NCBI GenBank assembly: GCA_963782185.1
Contig: CAWAJB010000024.1
Location: 48,433 to 112,432, forward strand
Direction: 5' to 3'
DNA length: 64,000 bases
DNA from: an uncultured Actinomycetes bacterium
Lineage (GTDB): Bacteria > Actinomycetota > Actinomycetes > Streptosporangiales > Streptosporangiaceae
Within the stretch, counting starts at the first letter, position 1; each line of letters begins with the position of its first letter. Under the pieces are notes generated by a model, which had not been told where the DNA came from, ran no database searches, and was given only the letters and a program-made list of their open reading frames with translations. Both the position numbers and the translations under genes were made by a program. Of this stretch, positions 25,879-40,186 are shown piece by piece.

Positions 25879-26157
25879 ATGGACCTGACCGGCGCCCCGT
25901 GGCGCAAGTCCTCCTACAGCGGAGGCAACGGCGGTGCCTGCGTGGAGGTGGCGGTCGTGCCCGGCTCCAAGGAGGGCAGCGACTACGTCATCACCATGCG
26001 TGACTCCAAGGACCCCGACGGGCCCGTGCTGACCTTCACCCCGGACGAGTGGAAGGCGTTCACCCTGGGCGTCCAGGACGGCGAGTTCGACGTCGAGGAC
26101 GACAGCCCCGGGGAGAGTGGCCAGCCCATGCCGGAGGCTGACCGCCCGGGCGGGTAG
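25879..26157 (+). CDS. DUF397 domain-containing protein
   Basis: WRKSSYSGGNGGACVEVA ... ITMRDSKDPDGPVLTFTPDEWKAFTLGVQDGEFD is the canonical DUF397 pattern. Confidence 0.85.
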   Translation: MDLTGAPWRKSSYSGGNGGACVEVAVVPGSKEGSDYVITMRDSKDPDGPVLTFTPDEWKAFTLGVQDGEFDVEDDSPGESGQPMPEADRPGG

Positions 26158-26181
26158 ACCGTCCGGTACGAGCGGTAAGGG

Positions 26182-27561
26182 CTACGCGGCGGGGTGACCG
26201 CCGGGTCCGCTGGCCGGGCTGGCGGGATGCGGCTCCGGGTGGCCGGGCGCAGCCGGTCCCGGGTCGCCGGCCGCCGCGGGCGTCGGGGCGAGGCGCGCCG
26301 AGAGGACGTAGGCCACCACGACGGCCACGATGACCAGCGGCATGACGGCCAGGCCGTCCGAGGCCAGCAGCAGGGACGCCAGCAGGACCGAGGTCAGCGG
26401 CAGCCGGAGCATCACCACGGACATCGCGCCGATGCCCATGGCCACGCCCGCGACCAGCGGCAGCCCCGGCAGGTGCGACAGCGCGACGCCGCCCACCCCG
26501 CCGAGGAACAGGGCCGGGAACGTCGGGCCGCCGCGGAAACTGCTCAGCGAGATGCCGTAGGCGAGTCCCTTGCAGGCCAGGAGCAGCAGCAACGCCCCAA
26601 CGGTGTAGCTGGCGCTGTGTGAGATGAACGGGCCGAGTTGTGACTGCCCGGAGAACAGTACCTCTTCCGAGCCCTTGCCGGTCGCGGCCGCGAACGCGAT
26701 GGCCAGCCCCGCGACGGCCAGGCCCACGAGCGGGGTGATCAGCAGGATGCGCCGCTCCACATGCGGCCGCAGGAGCAGGCCCAGCCAGCGGATGGCGCTG
26801 CCGAACGGAACGGCCAGCACGCCGATGACCAGCGCCCAGCCGAACTCGGCCGCCGTAGGCGATCCGAAGTGGGGCAGGCCGGGAATGGCCAGCGAGAACG
26901 TGCCCAGTCCCGTCCACGCGTCGAGCCCGATGAATACGAGGGAACCGATGCCCGCGGCCAGCAGGCCGGGGATCAGCACGAGCTCCATCATGGCCCCGCC
27001 CAGCCCGGTGGCCTCCATCAGCAGGAAGGCCCCGGTCAGGGGGGAGCCGAGCAGGGTGGCGATGGCGGCGAAGCTGCCGGCCGCCGCGACCACGGTCTGG
27101 GTGCGGGCCGGGGCGTCCCGCTTGGCCAGCCGGACGGCGACTACGCCGAGCCCGCCGCCGAGGGCGATCAGCGGGGCCTCGGGGCCGAGGACCACGCCCA
27201 GGCTCAGGGTCGCGAAGGCGGCGAGGACGATGCCGGGAAGCTCGATGGGGGGCGCCGGCCCGCCGCCCATCTTGAACCCGTCGGCAGGGGAGTGGCCGCC
27301 CGTCCCGGGCAGGTACCGGAGGGTGAGGGCGACCAGCACTCCTGCCACCACCAGCGGCAGGAGGGGCCACCACAGCGGCTCACCGTGGAAGCCGAGGCCC
27401 TTGGGCAGGTCGGTGAAGACCCAGCCCTGCATCTTGGCGACCAGGGCGAGAAAGAAGTAGGCCACCGCCGAGATGGGCGCGCCGATGATCGCGGCCAGCA
27501 CCAGCAGGGCGACGTAGCTGCGCGACCGCAGCAGCGCCAGCGGGTCGGATGGCATGGTCAC
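26182..27561 (-). CDS. ClC-family voltage-gated chloride channel / H+:Cl- antiporter
   Basis: GPEAPLIALGGGLG and GSPLTGAFLLME selectivity-filter-like motifs in a polytopic 459-aa protein. Confidence 0.85.
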   Translation of the reverse strand: MTMPSDPLALLRSRSYVALLVLAAIIGAPISAVAYFFLALVAKMQGWVFTDLPKGLGFHGEPLWWPLLPLVVAGVLVALTLRYLPGTGGHSPADGFKMGGGPAPPIELPGIVLAAFATLSLGVVLGPEAPLIALGGGLGVVAVRLAKRDAPARTQTVVAAAGSFAAIATLLGSPLTGAFLLMEATGLGGAMMELVLIPGLLAAGIGSLVFIGLDAWTGLGTFSLAIPGLPHFGSPTAAEFGWALVIGVLAVPFGSAIRWLGLLLRPHVERRILLITPLVGLAVAGLAIAFAAATGKGSEEVLFSGQSQLGPFISHSASYTVGALLLLLACKGLAYGISLSSFRGGPTFPALFLGGVGGVALSHLPGLPLVAGVAMGIGAMSVVMLRLPLTSVLLASLLLASDGLAVMPLVIVAVVVAYVLSARLAPTPAAAGDPGPAAPGHPEPHPASPASGPGGHPAA

Positions 27562-27592
27562 GGCACGTCCTCCTCAACGGCTTGATCGCCGG

Positions 27593-28237
27593 TCATGTGA
27601 CGAGCAGGTACAGGCTCTTGCCGGCCAGCCAGAACCCCAGCAGCAGGGAAATCACGATGATCACCTGGTCCTGATGGGTGTCCAGCCAGGTCCGCAGCTT
27701 CTGGATGAGGGCGCCGGCCGCGGCCGGCCGGAAGGCCGCCGACAGCTCCAGGTACAGGAAGCTGGAGGTGGCCAGCAGGCAGAACAGCAGCAGGACCAGG
27801 TATTCCCCGGCGTTCGAGAGCTTGGCCTGGCTGACCGTGGCCGCGCCCGCCGCGACGAGGGTCCACGGCTGGAGGAAGGCGGCCAGCCCGGCCGCGCTCC
27901 ACGCCGAGAACCGGTCCAGCCTGGCCATCCAGGCCGGGGTCTTGCGCGGGCGGCCCCGGCGGCGCTCCTGCCGGACGGCGTAGAGGATCAGCACGACGCC
28001 CAGGGCCAGCTTGATGGCCAGGACCGCGGTCAACGGCGCCGTGCTCGGCGCCGGGGGCTTACCCCCGGTGAGCAGGACCACGGCGGCGATGACCACGACC
28101 AGGCAGGCCAGCCAGCCCAGGATGAAGGCCAGGCCTTTGATGGTGCCCCTGTCCGCGCTGAGGATCAGCAGGAACGCGATGAGCGGGAACGGCTCCAGGG
28201 TGATGCCCAGGCCGATGAGGAGCAGGTCAGCAACCAC
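27593..28237 (-). CDS. GAP family (Sap/DUF2910-like) membrane protein
   Basis: MVADLLLIGLGITLEPFPLIAFLLILSADRGTIKGLAFILGWLACL, with about 6 TMs and a central basic loop RQERRRGRPRKTPAW. It is a paralogue of 44340..44999. Confidence 0.65.
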   Translation of the reverse strand: MVADLLLIGLGITLEPFPLIAFLLILSADRGTIKGLAFILGWLACLVVVIAAVVLLTGGKPPAPSTAPLTAVLAIKLALGVVLILYAVRQERRRGRPRKTPAWMARLDRFSAWSAAGLAAFLQPWTLVAAGAATVSQAKLSNAGEYLVLLLFCLLATSSFLYLELSAAFRPAAAGALIQKLRTWLDTHQDQVIIVISLLLGFWLAGKSLYLLVT

Positions 28238-28252
28238 CCGGCACAGCTCTCA

Positions 28253-28630
28253 TCATCGACACCGCCCCTGCACCTGACCATGCATGGCCAGCGGGGGATG
28301 CTGCCTCACCCGCGGGGGGTGAGGCAGGCGGCCGGCCGTGCGGACATGGCCCCTGAGTTTCCGCAGGTTAAGGCCCAGGCCTGCGTCATAGAGGATGACC
28401 GCCACGGACAGGGACACCAGCGGCTCGAACGCGGGCCCGAGCAGCCGCTCCGGGTTGACGTCGGACGTCAGGGCGCCTGCGATAAAGCCGGCCGGCAGCA
28501 GCACGATGATGGCCGGAATGCGCAGCCGGCTCGCCAGGACCTGGGCGCCGACCGCCAGCACGAGAATGAGGCCGACGCCGATCAGGATCTGGTTAGTGGT
28601 CACGCCTGTCTCCGGTCGTTCCCGGGCCAC
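28253..28630 (-). pseudogene. cation:proton antiporter (CPA1, Na+/H+ exchanger-like), N-terminal ~95-aa fragment
   Basis: ILIGVGLILVLAVGAQVLASRLRIPAIIVLLPAGFIAGALT...LVSLSVAVILYDAGLGLNLRKLRGH matches only the first ~2-3 TMs of this family. The sequence then degenerates (..PHPPRVRQHPPLAMHGQVQGRCR*) and the GAP gene follows 15 nt later. Confidence 0.55.
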
Positions 28631-28891
28631 CTTTTGTTTCCCCGCCGTTCACAATTCCGTGGCCGGTGCTGAACCTTAGGCCACGGCAAAGGCACGACCG
28701 GGCAAATGCTGCCCTGGTCTCACGGTCCCGGCGGGGGAGAGGGGAGTCATCACCCTTATTAGGTGATGAGCTGGCCTTTCCGAGCGGTTAGAAAGGGTGC
28801 GGGATGGATTGCGCATTTCGGAATCACCGCCTGAACCGGGGCCGGGCCGGATGGCGAGTGCTGCGGTGCATCGAGAAGACAGGGGACGACC

Positions 28892-33742
<4,851 letters not shown>

Positions 33743-33781
33743 AGCCACGTCACCCCCACGCCATGGCCCCGGGGTTCGCCC

Positions 33782-35660
33782 TTACCCGAAGGTGGCCGCA
33801 CGGTTAGGTTCCTGATCGGACTCGATCAGCAGCGATACGGCCTCGATCAGGGCCAGGTGCGTGAACGCCTGCGGGAAATTGCCCATGTGCTCGCCGGTGC
33901 TGGTGTCGATCTCCTCCGCGTACAGCTGCAGCGGCCCGGCGAACGACAGCAGCTTCTGGCACAGGGCGCGTGCGCGCTCCGTTTCACCGATCATGGCCAG
34001 CGCACTCACCAGCCAGAAGGAGCAGATGGTGAAGGTCCCTTCCTTGCCCTCGAACCCGGTGTCGGTTCCCTCGACCTTGTAGCGCAGGACCAGGCCGTCC
34101 TCGGTCAGCTCGTCGGCGATGGCCAGCACCGTCGCCCTGATGCGCTTGTCGTCGGGAGGCAGGAATCCCATGATGGGCAGGAGCAGGAGCGACGCGTCGA
34201 GGTCGTCGGTCTCGTCGTGCTGGCGGAACACGCCCCGCTTGGACACGTCCTTGTTCAGGACGTCGGCCTTGATCTCGTCGGCACCGGCCCGCCAGCGCTT
34301 GGCGCGTTCGCCGTCGCCGCGTTCCTCGGCCAGGTCGGCGCCGCGGGAGGCTGCGACCCAGCACATCACCTTGGACGCCGTGAAGTGCTTAGGGTCGCCG
34401 CGGACCTCCCAGATACCCTGGTCGGGCTCGTGCCAGCGCTGCAGGGCGTCGTCTACGAAGATGGCGAGCCCTTCCCAGACGGCGGCGACGATCTGGCCGG
34501 CGCCGGAGTGGAACTGGACATCCAGCGCGTCCAGGATCATCCCCCACACGTCGTGCTGCTGCTGGTTCCAGGCCCCGTTGCCGACCCGGACCGGGCGTGC
34601 GCCCCGGTAGCCGGACAGGTGGTCGAGGGTGTGCTCGGTCAGGTCGCGTTCCCCGCCGATGCCGTACATGATCTGGAGCTCGGGACGGCGGTTGAGGTCG
34701 CCCCCGGTGACCGCCTCCAGGATGAAGCCCCAGTACTCGATCGCTTCCCAGTCGAACCCGAGCCGGTACAGCGAACGGAGCATGAACGCTGAGTCCCTGA
34801 TCCAGGTGAAGCGGTAGTCCCAGTTACGGGCCCCGCCCCAGGTTTCCGGCAGTGAGGTGGTCAACGCGGCCATGATCGCGCCGGTGGGAGCGTAGCTGAG
34901 CCCCTTCAGGGTCAGCGCGCTGCGGTCCAGGTAGGTCTTCCATGGATGGTCAGGAATCTTGGCTGAGCTCAGCCAGTCGCGCCAGAAATCGACCGTGCAG
35001 TTCAGCGTGCGCTGCGCCTCGTCCAGGTCAGCCGGCGCGCTGGCCGCCCGCCCAGGACAGCGCGACGAAAGCCGACTGGCCCTCAGCCAGCGTCGTGCGG
35101 CCGTAGCAGCGAGCCCCCAGCACGCCGAGCGGGATAGAGCCTGCCAGGTCGAGATGCACGTCCCCCTCGGCGGGGGTAATGCTCATAGCGTCGTAGCCGT
35201 CGCCCTGGTAGTTCCACTGGCCAGCCGTCCGCCCGTACTCGAACTGCGGGTTGCAGTTCACGACGGCCTCGACCCGGCCGCTGATGCACGTGGCGATCCG
35301 GACCAGCGCGCCGACGGCGCCGAAATCGGCAGGGGCCCGGTGGTAGTCCGGCCGCCGCCCCTCGTGCTGGACCGGGCCCATGGCCAGGAAGTCCTGCACG
35401 ACCATCCATCCGGTCGGGGTCTGCCAGGTGGTCTCCAGCACATTGGTGCCCGGTACGTACCGGCGATGCTGCGGCACGTGCGTATTGCCGGGACCGAACC
35501 GGAACAACCCGGCCGAGCGGTCCATCAGCGCCCCGAAGACACTCGGGGAATCCGGCCGGGGCAGGCACAGCCACTCGACCGTCCCGTCCGGGGCAACCAG
35601 GCAGCTCTGCTCGCAATTCGACAGGAACCCGTAATCGGCAATCGGCGGGAATGTGCTCAT
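33782..35660 (-). pseudogene. GH15 glycoside hydrolase (glucoamylase / actinobacterial trehalase-like), interrupted by a frameshift
   Basis: The N-terminal 210 codons (IADYGFLSNCEQSCLVAPDGTVEWLCLPRPDSPSVF...FVALSWAGGQRAG*) stop at TGA 35028-35030. The expected continuation (APADLDEAQRTLNCTVDFWRDWLSSAKIPDHPWKTYLDRSALTLKGLSYAPTGAIMAALTTSLPE..NWDYRFTWIRDS) runs in a different frame from about 35040 down to 33782. Confidence 0.85.
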
Positions 35661-35694
35661 CGGCGAGTCACCTTTCGCAGTCGGGATAGGAGCG

Positions 35695-37287
35695 TCAGGC
35701 CATCCGGCTCAGCAGGTGCTCGCCGACGCGGATCGCGTTGGCCATGGCGGTGAGCGCCGGGTTCACGGCCCCGATGCTCGGGAAGAAGCTCGTGTCCACG
35801 ACGTAGAGGTTGTCGATCTCGTGCGCCTTGCAGTCGACGTCGAGTACCGACGTGGCCGGGTCCGTGCCGAACCGGCAGGTGCCCGACTGGTGGGCGACGC
35901 CGGCCACCGGGACGTCCATGCTGGCGTAGAAGTTCTTGCTCAGCACGTGATGGGCGGCGATCCCGATGTGGTTGAGCACCTTCCGCAGCTCGTGGTACAG
36001 CCCGTCCGCCTCGGCGTCGTTCGTCGCCTGGTAGGCGAGGTGCACGTGACCGTCCCGGTCCACCGTCACCCGGTTGTCCGGCTTGGGCACGTCCTCGGTC
36101 GTGAGCCAGAAGTCGACGGCGTGCCGGGCGACCTCCTCCAGGCTCCACTTCGGGGCCAGCTTGGTGAGCGTGGGCTCCTCGCCCTTCATGGCCATCGCGT
36201 TGGACTTGCCGAGCATCTGGATGTTGCCCAGCGGCCATTCCCGGCCGTTGCCCGCGAGGTAGAAGTCGTTCAGCCCGAGCGTCTTCTGGAACACCGTGTC
36301 GTTACGTTCCTTATCGAGCGCCACGATGGCCTTGCTGTTGTGGTACATGTAGTTGCGGCCGACCTGGTCGGACCCGTTGGCCAGGCCAGCCGGGTGCTGG
36401 TCGGAAGCCGACCGGAGCAGGATCCTCGCGCTGTTGGCCGCGCCGGCCGAGACGACCACGATGTCGCCTTCGTAAGATTCCTGCTTGCCGTCGCGGGTTA
36501 CCTGCACGCGGGTGACCGTCCGGCCGGACGGGTCCGTGTCGAGGCGCTCCACCTCCGCGTTCACCAGCAGGGTCACGTTCGGCTGGTCGAGCAGGGGGCG
36601 CACGGCGATGACGTCGGCGTCTGACTTGGCGTGCACCAGGCACGGGTAGCCGTCGCACGTGGCGCAGCGGATGCAGGCACTGAGCGGCCGGTCAGCCTCG
36701 TTCAGCAGGATGCCCACCGGGGCGTGGAACGGATGATAGCCACCGGCCGCCAGCGCATCGGAGATCTGCTGGACCCGCGGTTCGTGCGAGACCGCGGGCC
36801 AGGGGTACTCCTTCGAGCAGTGGCCCTCGGTGGGATCTTCACCATGGGTGCCGTGCACCTGGTACAGCCACTCGGCCTTCGTATACCAGGGCTCGAACTC
36901 GTCGTAGCTCAGCGGCCAGGCCGGCGCGGGGCCGTCGGCGTGCCTGATCTCGCCGAAGTCCTCGGGGCGCAGCCGGTACAGCGCGGCACCGTAGAGCTTG
37001 GTGGCCCCGCCGACGTAGTAGTGCACCTGCGGCTGGAACGCCTTACCGTCAGTGTCGAACCACGAGTCCGGCGAGATGTACCTCCCGTCCACGAACACCG
37101 TGCCGGGATCCCAGTTTCCGAGCTCGCGGGGCAGGAAATTGCCCCGCTCGAGCAGCAGTATCCGCTTGCCCGACGGAGCCAGGGTGTGCGCCAGCGTCCC
37201 GCCGCCCGCACCGCTGCCAACAATGATCACGTCATAGTTTTCAGCCACATACCCGAATGTCCGGGGTTGGTGCACGCGGCACATCAC
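35695..37287 (-). CDS. GMC family FAD-dependent oxidoreductase
   Basis: YDVIIVGSGAGGGTLAHTLAPSGKRILLLERG (FAD ADP-binding motif) and C-terminal NLYVVDTSFFPSIGAVNPALTAMANA. The start may be a few codons downstream of 37287. Confidence 0.85.
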   Translation of the reverse strand: MMCRVHQPRTFGYVAENYDVIIVGSGAGGGTLAHTLAPSGKRILLLERGNFLPRELGNWDPGTVFVDGRYISPDSWFDTDGKAFQPQVHYYVGGATKLYGAALYRLRPEDFGEIRHADGPAPAWPLSYDEFEPWYTKAEWLYQVHGTHGEDPTEGHCSKEYPWPAVSHEPRVQQISDALAAGGYHPFHAPVGILLNEADRPLSACIRCATCDGYPCLVHAKSDADVIAVRPLLDQPNVTLLVNAEVERLDTDPSGRTVTRVQVTRDGKQESYEGDIVVVSAGAANSARILLRSASDQHPAGLANGSDQVGRNYMYHNSKAIVALDKERNDTVFQKTLGLNDFYLAGNGREWPLGNIQMLGKSNAMAMKGEEPTLTKLAPKWSLEEVARHAVDFWLTTEDVPKPDNRVTVDRDGHVHLAYQATNDAEADGLYHELRKVLNHIGIAAHHVLSKNFYASMDVPVAGVAHQSGTCRFGTDPATSVLDVDCKAHEIDNLYVVDTSFFPSIGAVNPALTAMANAIRVGEHLLSRMA

Positions 37288-37453
37288 ACCTGCAGGGTGA
37301 CTCCGGGCCAGTTACTGCGAGCAGGATTCCAGCGTGCCCTCGGAAGAGCCGCGGGTGCGGCCGGTTCTGCGCCGGGCCGGCGGCGGTTACCGCCGGAGCG
37401 GTCACCCCAACCGGGTGAACCGTTTCCCGCGTCACCGTCATAGGTTGCCCCCC

Positions 37454-38338
37454 ATGTCCGCCGATCCATTGCCGAGCTGGCATGAGACCGCCGCGAAGCA
37501 GTCCATCGTGGAGTTCGTCGCCGCCGTGACCCATCCTGGCTCGCCGGACTTCGTCCCGGAGCCGGACCGGGTCGCGGTCTTCGACAACGACGGCACTCTG
37601 TGGACCGAGCAGCCCGTGTACGCGCAGCTCGTGTTCGCGCTGGACCGGGCGGTCCAGCTCGGTCATCCCACCAGCCTGGAAGCGCTGCACGCGGGCGGGA
37701 TGCCGGCCCTGATTGAGCTGATCAAGCTCACTCACGCCGGCATCACCACCGATGAATTCGACGCCCTGTGCCGGAGCTGGCTGGCGTCGGCCCGGCATCC
37801 CCGCTTCGGGCGCCCGTACCCGGCGATGGTGTACCAGCCCATGCTGGAGCTGCTCGGGCTGCTGGACCGCAGCGGATTCTCCTGCTGGATCTTCTCCGGC
37901 GGCGGCACGGATTTCATGCGCACCTGGGCGTCCGACGTCTACGGCCTGCCACCGCACCGGGTGATCGGCAGCGTCGGGGACACCGAGTTCCGCGTCGGAG
38001 CGGACGGCCCTGAACTCGTCAAGGGCAGTGACCTCCAGGTCATCAACGACGGCCCGCAGAAGCCGAGTTCGATCCACCGACATGTCGGGCAGCGCCCGAT
38101 CCTGGCCGCCGGGAACACCGACGGCGACCTGGCCATGCTCCAGTGGACCGCGGCTGGCCCGGGCCGGACGCTGCAGCTGGTCGTCCACCACACGGACGGC
38201 GACCGGGAGTACGCCTACGACCGCGACCCGATCCTGGGCAGCGGCACGGACCAGATCCGCGCGGCCGCCGCCGACGACAAGTGGACCGTGATCGACATGA
38301 CGGCGGACTGGTCAGCCGTCCACCCGCCGGCCGTCTAG
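37454..38338 (+). CDS. HAD-superfamily hydrolase (HAD-IB-like)
   Basis: VAVFDNDGTLW is the DxDGT HAD motif I, and AAGNTDGDLAML is motif IV-like. The internal ATG at 37454 is preferred to the track start at 37334. Confidence 0.65.
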   Translation: MSADPLPSWHETAAKQSIVEFVAAVTHPGSPDFVPEPDRVAVFDNDGTLWTEQPVYAQLVFALDRAVQLGHPTSLEALHAGGMPALIELIKLTHAGITTDEFDALCRSWLASARHPRFGRPYPAMVYQPMLELLGLLDRSGFSCWIFSGGGTDFMRTWASDVYGLPPHRVIGSVGDTEFRVGADGPELVKGSDLQVINDGPQKPSSIHRHVGQRPILAAGNTDGDLAMLQWTAAGPGRTLQLVVHHTDGDREYAYDRDPILGSGTDQIRAAAADDKWTVIDMTADWSAVHPPAV

Positions 38339-38456
38339 CCGGGGCCGGCCCGGCTCTCCGGTGGCATACATGGCGTAACCACCCATGAAGGGGGATGCCC
38401 CGATATCCGAGGGCGGGTGACAGTAAAGCTCAACGACTAACGCCCGGGACGGTGGC

Positions 38457-38738
38457 ATGTCTACTAGCACGGAAAGCAACAGCAGCTGGCCGGAACTGCG
38501 AACCGGCCCGATCATCACGAGCGCCGCGCTCGTCGGGGCCGGCACCCTGATCGCCCTGGCGGGCCTGGCCGTCGGCGGCACGCATCTGTTCGCGGCCACC
38601 CGCCGGTGGATCCAGCAGATGGACGTGCCGCCCAGCGAGCAGGCCAGGATCAAGTGGGCGCAGGCCAGGAGCGCCGCTGCCGCCGGCAACGCCGCCTGGC
38701 GCAACGGGGCCTCGGCCCGCCAGAGCACCGGGGCCTAA
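38457..38738 (+). CDS. small hypothetical membrane protein (one predicted TM) upstream of cydA
   Basis: 93-aa ORF with GPIITSAALVGAGTLIALAGLAVGG and non-random composition (N, S, W, Q, K). It ends 55 nt before cydA. No family recognised. Confidence 0.4.
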   Translation: MSTSTESNSSWPELRTGPIITSAALVGAGTLIALAGLAVGGTHLFAATRRWIQQMDVPPSEQARIKWAQARSAAAAGNAAWRNGASARQSTGA

Positions 38739-38793
38739 GCCCCGGCGGTTTACTGGACGGGCAGCCAATCGTGCACCCAGACCGGGGGAGTAG

Positions 38794-40179
38794 ATGACGA
38801 ACGTCGACCTCGCGCGGTGGCAGTTCGCGTTTGTGACGATCAATCATTTCTTTTTCGTGCCGGTCACGATCGGCCTGGCCTTCCTGACCGCGCTGCTGCA
38901 GACCGCCTGGTACCGCAGCAAGCGGGAGGAGTACCTGCGGCTGACCCGGTTCTTCGGCACCCTGCTGGTCATCAACGTGGCGATCGGCGTGGTGACCGGC
39001 CTGGTCCAGGAGTTCCAGTTCGGGATGAACTGGTCGGCCTACTCGCGGCTGGTCGGCAACATCTTCGGCGCGCCGCTGGCCATGGAGGGGCTGGCCGCGT
39101 TCTTCCTGGAGTCCACGTTCCTCGGGCTGTGGCTGTTCGGCTGGGACAAACTCCCCCGCCGTATTCACCTGCTGACCATCTGGCTGGTGTCGCTGGGCAC
39201 GGTGCTGTCGGCGGCGTTCATCATGGCGGCCAACTCGTGGATGCAGCATCCGGTCGGCTACAAGATGGTCAACGGGAAACCGCAGCTGAACGACATCTGG
39301 GCCGTGTTCACCAACCAGGTGTTCGTCTGGGGATATTCGAAGGTGCTGCTGGCGTCGCTGGTCACCGGCGCCGCGGTGATGCTGGCGGTCTCGGCCTGGC
39401 AGTTGCGGCACGGGGGGGACCGCGAGGTGTTCACCCGGTCGGCGCGGCTCGCGCTGATCGTGCTGGTCCCGGCCATCCTGTTCACCATGCTGGTCGGCGA
39501 TGAGCTCGGGGTGATCGAGGCCAAGTACCAGCCGATGAAGATCGCGGCGGCCGAGGCCCAGTGGTCTACCTGCCAGCCGTGCTCGTTCTCGCTGTTCCAG
39601 ATCGGCGGCGGCAATAACGACCACACGCCCACCCAGATCATCGAGATCCCGCACCTGCTGTCACTGCTGGCCACCAACCACTGGAATGGCAAGGTGATTG
39701 GCCTCGACCCGCTCCAGTCGCAGTACCAGAAACAGTTCGGGCCCGGCTACTACGTGCCGAACGTGTTCATCCAGTACTGGTCCATGCGGGTGATGGCCTA
39801 TATGGGGGTCCTGGTCTTCCTGCTGGGGGCCTGGGGGCTGTGGCTGCTGCGGCGCGGGAAACTCGTGACGTCGCGGCGGTTCCTGTGGGTGGCGATCTGG
39901 GGCGCGGTGCTGCCGTTCCTGATGAACACGGCGGGCTGGCTGCTGACCGAGAGCGGCAGGCAGCCGTGGATCGTGCAGGGCATCATGCTGACCAAAAACG
40001 GGGTCTCGTCCTCGGTCAGCGTCACGTCCATCGTGATCAGCCTGGTGGTTTTCGTGGTGCTGTACGCCACGCTGGCGACCGTCGACCTGATGCTGATGCT
40101 GAAGTACTCCCGCCAGCAACTCCCGCCCGCCCGCGCTGAAGCCGACGCGGACGCGCCCGTCCCGGCCGTCCAGTACTGA
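38794..40179 (+). CDS. cydA: cytochrome bd ubiquinol/menaquinol oxidase subunit I
   Basis: DLARWQFAFVTINHFFFVPVTIGLAFLTALLQTAWY...GVVTGLVQEFQFGMNW...EGLAAFFLESTFLGLWLFGW is the canonical CydA N-terminus. 461 aa. Confidence 0.95.
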   Translation: MTNVDLARWQFAFVTINHFFFVPVTIGLAFLTALLQTAWYRSKREEYLRLTRFFGTLLVINVAIGVVTGLVQEFQFGMNWSAYSRLVGNIFGAPLAMEGLAAFFLESTFLGLWLFGWDKLPRRIHLLTIWLVSLGTVLSAAFIMAANSWMQHPVGYKMVNGKPQLNDIWAVFTNQVFVWGYSKVLLASLVTGAAVMLAVSAWQLRHGGDREVFTRSARLALIVLVPAILFTMLVGDELGVIEAKYQPMKIAAAEAQWSTCQPCSFSLFQIGGGNNDHTPTQIIEIPHLLSLLATNHWNGKVIGLDPLQSQYQKQFGPGYYVPNVFIQYWSMRVMAYMGVLVFLLGAWGLWLLRRGKLVTSRRFLWVAIWGAVLPFLMNTAGWLLTESGRQPWIVQGIMLTKNGVSSSVSVTSIVISLVVFVVLYATLATVDLMLMLKYSRQQLPPARAEADADAPVPAVQY

Positions 40180-40186
40180 GGTCACG

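Noticed and set aside
38339-38793. Search for a Rex operator (recalled as TTGTGAA-n-TTCACAA-like) upstream of cydA, since Rex is reported to regulate cydABCD in Streptomyces.
   Set aside because: I saw no convincing match in either the 118-bp region before the small ORF or the 55-bp region before cydA.
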